Below are positions 55,161 to 64,000 of a stretch of DNA of 64,000 nucleotides, in pieces. Source of the stretch: Octopus sinensis (Eukaryota). The notes below the pieces were generated by a model that worked only from the letters and a program-made list of their open reading frames with translations, made no database searches and was not told the DNA's origin. The translations under genes were made by a program, and so were the position numbers. The stretch spans positions 126,790,001-126,854,000 of the forward strand of contig NC_043001.1 of assembly GCF_006345805.1 (NCBI RefSeq), written 5' to 3'. Within the stretch, counting starts at the first letter, position 1, and every line of letters begins with the position of its first letter.

Positions 55161-55559
55161 ATTCATAATTGTTCCGTTGTTGGTGGGGTCTACATATTTA
55201 CATTTCACTGTACTATTTCTAGTGAAATATAAATATCTCTTAATATGCACAGGTTTTTAATTTGAGCTGTTATTAGTTTCATGTTTTGTATAAACGATGA
55301 TATAGGGCGACCTTGTATGACCAACCGTGTGTTCCCAAGCAAGCTTTCAGACTCAAATAGAAAACGGCTCAGCTTTTTGGAAACAAAATGAGAAAGGAAG
55401 TTGGTCTTTGAAAAAATCAAAAAAAACAAAAAAAAAAAACAGAAAGGATGCTGGCTATTGATTAAACACAAGGAAAGGCGAGAAGGAAGTAAAAGTTTAA
55501 AAAATGTTGAACGAGAAAGAAGAAAAACGAATATTGTGAGTTGCGTCCCTCCTGCCCGT

Positions 55560-55850
55560 TCGAATCAAAATTAATACTGTTGGTTAAATTACTACCTTGC
55601 CATCTTGCCTGGTTTTGGGCGTCCTCCTTTTTCAAACCAACCCTCCTAATTTCCTCCTCCACCTTTTCCTCGGTCTACCTCGTTTTCGCGCTCCATTTAC
55701 CTCAAATGCAGTCACCATCCTCTGACCATGCTCTTCATCCCTCCTCAATGCATACCCATACCGCCTCAATTCATTCACCCTTGCCAACCATTCCACCAAT
55801 TCCTCCAACACCGGCATTCCCATCAAATCATCAGTATCCCCCTCTTATCA
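55560..55850 (-). mobile_element. RTE-clade LINE 3' fragment
   Basis: LRRYGYALRR...GARKRGRPRKRW, the RTE C-terminal motif. Confidence 0.75.
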
Positions 55851-56588
55851 AACAGCTTTGGTTAAATTAGCTAGCCATAACGGGAAACCGAAAGCCAACT
55901 ATACACCACATACAGTCAAGTGGACTGGATCCACGCCAAATGTTAACTGACCAAAGAGATGTCGGCTTTGTTCAACCAAAAGACCTCATATCTTCTTTAG
56001 ATATAAGACCTCTACTGACCTACTAAGTTCTAAGTCTGAAATCAGTTATTAAATGTAAGCAGCTGGACAAATTTCTTTTATTAAACTGGAAAAGTCCCAA
56101 CCATGCAGTGTCATAAGTTTTGACCGCCAACCTTATATATACTTCTATGTATATGCATGCATGCATGTATTCATACTTACATACATACACGCACGCACGC
56201 ACGCACACACAGGCGCACGCACACACATATATATCGACGGAGTTGTCAGAACGTCGGATACATTGCTTTGTGATAAAAGTTTCAGAATTTAACATTGCCT
56301 CTCATTCTTTCAGGCTCATGTCTTGCATTGATTGTACTTTTTCTTTATGACTTTGTCTTTTTGAAAAAAAAATTGGTTATTTTCAGACCTGATGAGAGAT
56401 CGTCCCTAATAGGTTTTAAAATAGGGTCCCAAACTAACTGTAAGCTACGAAGACTCTCCTACGTCTCCACGAAGATTTGAAAATTCAGTATAAGAGGGAA
56501 GACTGTGAGCACAACTTTAAATCTATATTTGTTATGATCATCATAATGTAACATCCTCTAAACTCTTCAAGCCTATATACCAATAATT

Positions 56589-56971
56589 GGATGGAAGCAC
56601 TCCATCGGTTACGACGAGGGTTCCGGTTGATCCGATCAACGGAACAGCCTGCTCGTGAAATTAACGTGTAAGTGACTGAGCACTCCACAGACACGTGCAC
56701 CCTTAACGTAGTTCTCGGGGATATTCAGCGTGACACAGAGAGTGACAAGGCCGGCCCCATGAAATACAGGTACAACAGAAACAGGAAGTAAGAGTGAGAG
56801 AAAGTTGTGGTGGAAGAGTACAGCAGGGATCACCACCATCCCTGCCGGAGCCTCGTGGAGCTTTAGGTGTTTTCGCTCAATAAACACTCACAACGCCCGG
56901 TCTGGGAATCGAAACCGCGATCCCACGACCGCGAGTCCGCTGCCTTAACCACTGGGCCATTGCGCCTCCAC
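56589..56971 (-). mobile_element. SINE family 3 with 13-bp TSD
   Basis: TSD tataccaataatt at 56576-56588 and 56972-56984. Confidence 0.9.
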
Positions 56972-58309
56972 TATACCAATAATTAGCGAGCCAATGACTG
57001 AGCATTTCGTAGTCTTCCAACCTGCTAGAACTAACAGCTAAATTAATCTCAAGTCACTTATTCACGATCTGAAGAAGAGGAGTCACAGGTGGAATTCTTT
57101 TGATCTGAGATCTTTCCTGTTAAGTCTGAACTCGACTACCCAATGATATAAATTATAACAAAAATAGATAATTTTGTAAATATGTAAACATCCTTAATCC
57201 AGTGAACTGGGGCAATGAGAACACAGTTATCATTCCTTGAAGAGAAGCATGAATATTCATGTCCACCAAATACAAATAAGTGAATCCATGGTCGTATAAG
57301 AAATTAGTATTTGATTTGTCCTCGAGTGACGCTGTTTTAAAATTGTCAATTTATGGCCTTAAAATATTTGGATTTCATTCATTGTCTTATCATTCATGTT
57401 TCGCGTTCAACTCCCACTAATGCTAACTTCGAACTTCTTTCCTCCGGTGCCTCATAAAATATGTTCCTGCAATACATATGTACCTCTAAGTGGTCACAGC
57501 ACTTGTAAGAAATCGTAGTTGAACCTCGTTCAAATTACCTTATCGTACTAGAAAGTTAAACTTTGGATAGTGTGGCCCTACATGGGCTGTACTTTGGAAG
57601 AGAGATAGGGTGCTCAGAAATGGAATGTTTTAAGGCCGATATGAGATTAACAATAAAAATTTGTATAATATGCACTAGTTTTCTACTTGTTCTTGTTCTG
57701 TATCGACAAGTGAGCCCTGGTGTTGCTAGTTTATTATCTAACACGTCGTGAAACGACGCAGACATTCCTATTTGAGTCAGCTATCACCAAAAAGAGGGGA
57801 TGGTCACAAATGGAATACTTTTGATGACATGTTTGCTCGACAAGAGCCGACCTTGGGCTGAACAGCAACAACAACGAGAGCGATAACAAAAACATGTTGG
57901 AGACACTGCTTCGCAATTATCGGTAAAATTCGATGACGAAATACGATAGTGCAGGTTTAAAATCAAATGTTAAGAAACAAGAGAAGTGAAACGAAACAAA
58001 TTGGCTGAAAAATATAACCAAAACTGAAAAAGAATATAAGGATGAAGGGAATAGCAAGGAAAATATAAAGAATATTTAGAGGTTGGTGGCACCAAATTCC
58101 GATAATTTACACAAATATTAACGTCATTGATTTTGTTCAAAAATTGAATCAACATTTTGAAGATTTAGAAGACATGATATAACGTTTCAAATGATATTTT
58201 CTAATCGTTTCTCTTTCTATCCGCTCTTCTTTACTATGCCATTAGAGTAAACACTAACACACGCGCGCACACACGGAAACACACACATATATATACATAT
58301 ATACATATA

Positions 58310-58378
<69 letters not shown>

Positions 58379-58721
58379 TGTAAACGTAGTGAAAGTTTTT
58401 AGTCTTTATTGTAAGCTGAAATCTTCATGTAATTGCAAGTTTCACATTTATAAAATTCATCTGGAGAACGGAAGTATGAAATTCAGAGAAACATTTAGTG
58501 AAATTTGCAGTATAGAACTACACACACACAGACGTTGTAGAGTCTTCTAATTTGTGGCGTCTATCGTTTTTAATGCTATTTATTCTCAATATTTCCTATT
58601 TACATATTTCCCTCCTTTCTACAAGTTTCGTTTTTCTCATTTAAATATGTGTCTGTGTGTAACGTGCATGCGTGCATGCGTGCGTGCGTGTGTGTGAGTG
58701 TGTGTGAGTGTGTGTGAGTGA

Positions 58722-58758
<37 letters not shown>

Positions 58759-58829
58759 CGTATCGTCAGTAGTTCACATATCCGACAAAGAAGCACACTT
58801 ATGCGTGTGTTTGTGCGTATTCTTTTATT

Positions 58830-59056
58830 ACTATATTTGTTTCGGTCATTTGACTGCGACCATACTAGAGCACTGCCTTAGAGAGTGTTTTTAGTAGAAG
58901 AAATCGACCCCAGGACTTATTCTCAGGAAGCCTAGTGCTTATTTTATCGGTTTCTTTTGCCGAACTGCTAACCTATGGGTAGGTAAACACACCAGCATCG
59001 GTTGTCAAGTGATGGTGGAGGGAGGTGGGGACAAACACAGAAACATACGTACATAA

Positions 59057-59110
<54 letters not shown>

Positions 59111-59230
59111 AGTGGGCTTCTTTCACTTTCCTCTCACAAGGTTGTGATCGGCACGAGTCTAGAGTAGAAGAGACTTGTTCAAGGTGTCACTCACTAAGAC
59201 TGAACCCGGAATCATGTGGTTGGAAACCAG
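58830..59230 (-). mobile_element. SINE family 2, diverged
   Basis: Same blocks as 40872-41338; a further fragment lies at about 59460-59590. Confidence 0.75.
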
Positions 59231-59249
59231 GTTTCTTATCACACAGCCA

Positions 59250-59298
<49 letters not shown>

Positions 59299-59330
59299 TA
59301 TATAATACATACACACATAGATACATAGAC

Positions 59331-59374
<44 letters not shown>

Positions 59375-59919
59375 CTATTCATATACATATACATATTCCT
59401 GAACGGTCTTTGTCGAATAAATCGGCCCCACAACATATTTTTCCTAATATTTATTTTATCTAATACTCATTTTATCTTTCTCTTTTGCTGAATCGCTCAG
59501 TTACAGAGACGTAAACACACCAACACCGGTTTTCAACCAGTGAAGCAAAGATAGATAGATATATATATTCGACGAGTTTCTTTCAGTTTCTGTATTGTCT
59601 ATTCGATATATTTTGAAATTTTGTTCGACACGGTACATTTAACTTTGTTTGGCTCATATCTTTCCCAACGATACTTTGGCAAGGTATTTGCTTCGACTCT
59701 GAATTGAAATCGTATCGCAAACTTTACCGCGCGTACCTAGCTACATGGAGACAGTATTTACATGTATACGTGCAAATATACACATGGTACGCTTACATGT
59801 ATAAACACCAACATATTTCTCTATGTTTCACGGAAATAACAGTATTCGTACATGTAACTTGCACGAACGGACATTCTCCTATGCAATCTCTGTCTTCCCT
59901 TTTTACTCACTTTCCTACG

Positions 59920-60018
<99 letters not shown>

Positions 60019-60237
60019 AATACATACATATCGTATATCTAGCTGGCATTTTTGATCAATCTATTTACAATTTTTTCCTTATTTCTCAAAATTTTACCCT
60101 TTACTTCGCATTCGGTTACGCTATCATTAGTTATCTTTCCATCTACTTGTTTTTGTTTTTATTTTCTTCTTCCGCTCTTGTCGTGGCAATATTTAAGGTT
60201 TTCACTCTTTGGAATTCACATAAATACACAATCCCCC

Positions 60238-60319
<82 letters not shown>

Positions 60320-63017
60320 CCTGCTATCTTTGTCCATCCCAGTTTCCCATATAATGCATAATTTTCTGACTTCTTCCATTTTCCTCAATGCTCTCTCCTT
60401 CGCACTTTGTACTTTTCCCTACTCCTCCAGTCGTGTTCATTATCTCCCCCTCTGTCGCTTTCTATCTTTCTTCGTCAACTCCTCTGTATCACCATTCTAT
60501 CGTTTAATCATTCGTTCATTATCTTTCTCTCACTCTCCATTTATCTAATCTGATCCTTTTTTTTTGAGGAGGAAGTCATAAATTTAAGTAAAATAGTCTG
60601 TTTTCAAATGGAAACATGACATAAAATTGATTATCCAGAACTAACAAATAAACAAATAAACAGCGCTGTTTATGTATGTCTAAAATAAATCTCTAATGGT
60701 ATAATTCATTAAGTTTTATGTTTCTCTTTTTATTTCACATTGCAGTCGATAGAAGCTTAAACTCTTACGCGAACATTTCAGAGAAGAGTTTAACCCTCGC
60801 GTGTTCTAAAGGCGACTCGGTTTCAATTTCGAAGTTGGAATCGTTTAATTTCTCTTTCGCAACAAACACTCTCTATAACGCATAAATACATTTGATCTAA
60901 CTTTCTAGGACAATTGCACGGCCTGCTCTTTAGCTTTGGTTTCATGAGATTTATAGAGAGGCAAGATGTAATACTTGCATTCTTGCCAGGAAAATACGAC
61001 AGTTTGTGGCATGTATGGTCTCCGCGTGATCCGGCATTTATTCCTCTCAGCTAGATGAACTGATGCAGTGGAGAAATAGTGTCTGTCGTTTCCAAAAATG
61101 TAAAGACGATAATCCTCGCCAGGAATGAATGATTTAATCCACCATGGCTATTAGTCTCATATGCCAAAAGGATTCACATGCAGAGCCCCCTTACATCAAG
61201 GGAAAGAAAATAACTATAAATCTGAGATATGCAGCCATGTCAGGAGTTGCAAAGAAAGTCAACAATGATAAATTCAAAACGTTTAAATACCCTATTTCCG
61301 CCTTGTAAGCCTGATGAATTGTCGTTGATATTTTGTTGTGTTGTGTTTATCTACCCTTCTAATGTGGTAGTGTGTCTTGTCAAATCAGAGTGTTTTACTT
61401 ATTCTCCACACACCAGTGTAGTGTTGTCGGTTTAGACGCCGTTGGACCGACCATGAAACAAGCAGAAGTTTACATGGTTGCGACTAACACATAAATTTCG
61501 ATGTTATTTTATTCAGAATAAAACTCCAGAAACAGATTTTAACACATGATCTACAAAAGTAGTGAATAGGTTATCTTCACTCAGCTATCTGTTTCTATCT
61601 AAGTTTATTTAGGAAGTAGTTCATATGCCTCTCCAACGTTTGCTGTGTAATGATTTGACATCAGTACAGTAAATAGACGCAATATAATTATTTTACTGTG
61701 CACTTGTTGCTTTCAGTGGAGATTTAGAACAGATAGCTTCACGAAAAGTGAGCCAAAAGAATTATAGAAAATAGAACGCAGTATTTAGATTAATATATTT
61801 TCTATACACATAAAAACTAATTTCGTCTTAGTGTGAAAGACGTCTTTGTGTATTCTTTTACATCTAGGTAAGTGATGCAGTTGTCTACTGAGTATTGTAC
61901 AGTTCTGTATATTTAATTTAGTTATTCAATTGATGACATTTTGGTAGGTGTAACAAGTTAATAATTCCATTGACAATATCAACGGAAGTGAATAGTCTAT
62001 AATTATCTCCAATGTTTTCCGTTGAAAAAAATATGAAACATAAAATATTATTTATATTTTTTCCTCTAATTTTTTTTCCATTTTCTTTATGTTCCTAACT
62101 ATAAAAATGCTTTAGTTCACAGTAACAACGTTGTTCTATAGGTTAACATATATACAATTTACCAACTTTATTAAACAATAACTTCACGGTAGATTTAACG
62201 AGATTATATTGCCTCTGTAAATGTTAGATGAATGTGAAACATCCGAAATTATTTCCCGTACTTACAAATGAAAAAAAAATATATTAATCACTACCGGAAA
62301 TGTCTTTTCCTCCAAATATTTGATTTTTTAAAAGTCTTTTAATGCTTCAAGAGTTAAGGAACTTGACCACAGACACAGAACAGCGATAATGGTAGCATAC
62401 ACACCACCGGATCTTCCACTAGGGGTCTTTAGTCTTCTTGATTTTGGGTAGCTGTAATTCTCTGAGACATTGTTGCACAATATCTTTACATATGCCTCTG
62501 CCAACTACTGTGAATTGAAGTTAGTTAGAAAACCGGTATCTCTTGTATGTCATTCTTTTAATAGTTATAAACAATTATTATATACAATCTTTCTGTGAAA
62601 TCATTGAAAGAATGATTTATGACTTAAGAGAAGATCTTTAATTTTAATGACTTAAGAGAAATTCTTTAATTTTGCTTGTATTATATTCCGAAGAATTGTA
62701 AAGTACCGATAATTTCTTCAAAAGAGAATGCATCCATCAGAAATTGAAACAGCAGAGATATTTTTGTAAAGGTAAGTTCTGAACTTGCGTATTGATTTCA
62801 TTTACTGTCTAAGCCAATTAGTTTGTTTTATGCAGTAATGTAATGCTCTTTTGATGCTTAAATAAACTCATTTCACTTCTTACATTAAGTGAGTTTTAGT
62901 CTAAAACATTTTTAATATGGAAGGTCGGAACAGCAAACGACATAAAAATCAAGTTTGTGAACCAACGATTAGAGTTCATTGGTGAAGTTAAGATGAAGTG
63001 TATTATATATTATACAT

Positions 63018-63068
<51 letters not shown>

Positions 63069-63847
63069 AAGAAGATATGCTGTTGAAGATGACGACTTGT
63101 ACGCCGCTGATGTACAGAAGCAAGATATGGAAGGATAAACCGAATCTTAAAGTACACCAGAGTCGATAGAGTACAGATCAAAAACAACTCCAGCTCCCCA
63201 TGTCACGACGGTGAGATGTTACAACAAGCCACTATTCCAAATGGCAGAAAATATATAGAGTTTATATGTGTTTTGATGGAAAGTTTCCATGCAAGACACC
63301 GCCAAACGCTTTGTTAACTGCAATCTAATAGAATTGAGAAACAGGTTTCATAATGATATATATTTCAAAAATATTTTACACCTTCAGAAAAGTGAAGGGG
63401 GTGAAATAGAGTAAGAAAAATATAAGAATATGCATAATTACCAGTTGATAAACCACTATTTCCTTTACGCTAAATCACACGCCCCCATATTTGCAGGATT
63501 GGCAAAATGATAAGAATAAAATGTTCTATGGCATATCAATGATTATTGTTATTGTAACTTGATCGTAAACTATTAAACTTGATCGTAAACTACTCCATTG
63601 TATCACATCTCTTGCAATAATGTCCTGCATTCCCTCCCAAGATCTTTCTTGATAGAAAGCGTTATAGAAAACAATACCGTTTCTTATGCCAGAATATAAA
63701 ACATTTATTGCAAGTAAGAGATATCTATCATCTTAAATGACAATGATTAAAGACTAAGCTTCAACTAAAAATCCTAAAGCTTGATCGTGGCATTTTCCTT
63801 TTCTCTACGCCGTGTGTTACAACCCTTAGACCAATGTAGATATATGG

Positions 63848-64000
63848 AAGCACTCCGTCGGTTACGACGACGAGGGTTCCGGTTGATCCGAATCAACGGA
63901 ACAGCCTGCTCGTGAAATTAACGTGTAAGTGGCTGAGCACTCCACAGACACGTGTACCCTTAACGTAGTTCTCGGGGATATTCAGCGTGACACAGAGAGT
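63848..64000 (-). mobile_element. SINE family 3, 3' part, runs off the window
   Basis: Nearly identical to 56595-56745. Confidence 0.9.

Noticed and set aside
56386-56445. CTGATGA with a CCCTA/TAGGG stem as a hammerhead
   Set aside because: G12 is C (CAAAC), the stem II register is broken and there is no stem I; too degraded to call.

Overview
AT-rich, microsatellite- and transposon-dense animal genomic DNA. The SINE, LINE and Tc1 families look octopod (inference from recalled repeats). The ORF track is almost all microsatellite noise. Reading splice sites by hand shows one clear multi-exon gene on the minus strand, a small secreted neuropeptide precursor. It has a signal-peptide exon (33332-33420), two paralogous phase-2/2 exons (24064-24177 and 23007-23126) each encoding KR-Q..D..AEY.A..AL..C-x4-CG.VD, and a last coding exon (4702-4807) supplying GKKKR. 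The motif most resembles invertebrate PTH-like / PXXXamide precursors (recalled, not searched). Exon choice would give two different amidated peptides, or both in one precursor. The rest is intronic or intergenic: three tRNA-type SINE families, CR1/L2, RTE and R4/Dong LINE fragments, Tc1/mariner and Tigger relics, MITEs, Penelope-like GIY-YIG fossils with hammerhead-ribozyme-like motifs, an LTR-like 1.2 kb element with a covarying pseudoknot-like fold, and a locally templated insertion. No rRNA, true tRNA or CRISPR array was seen.
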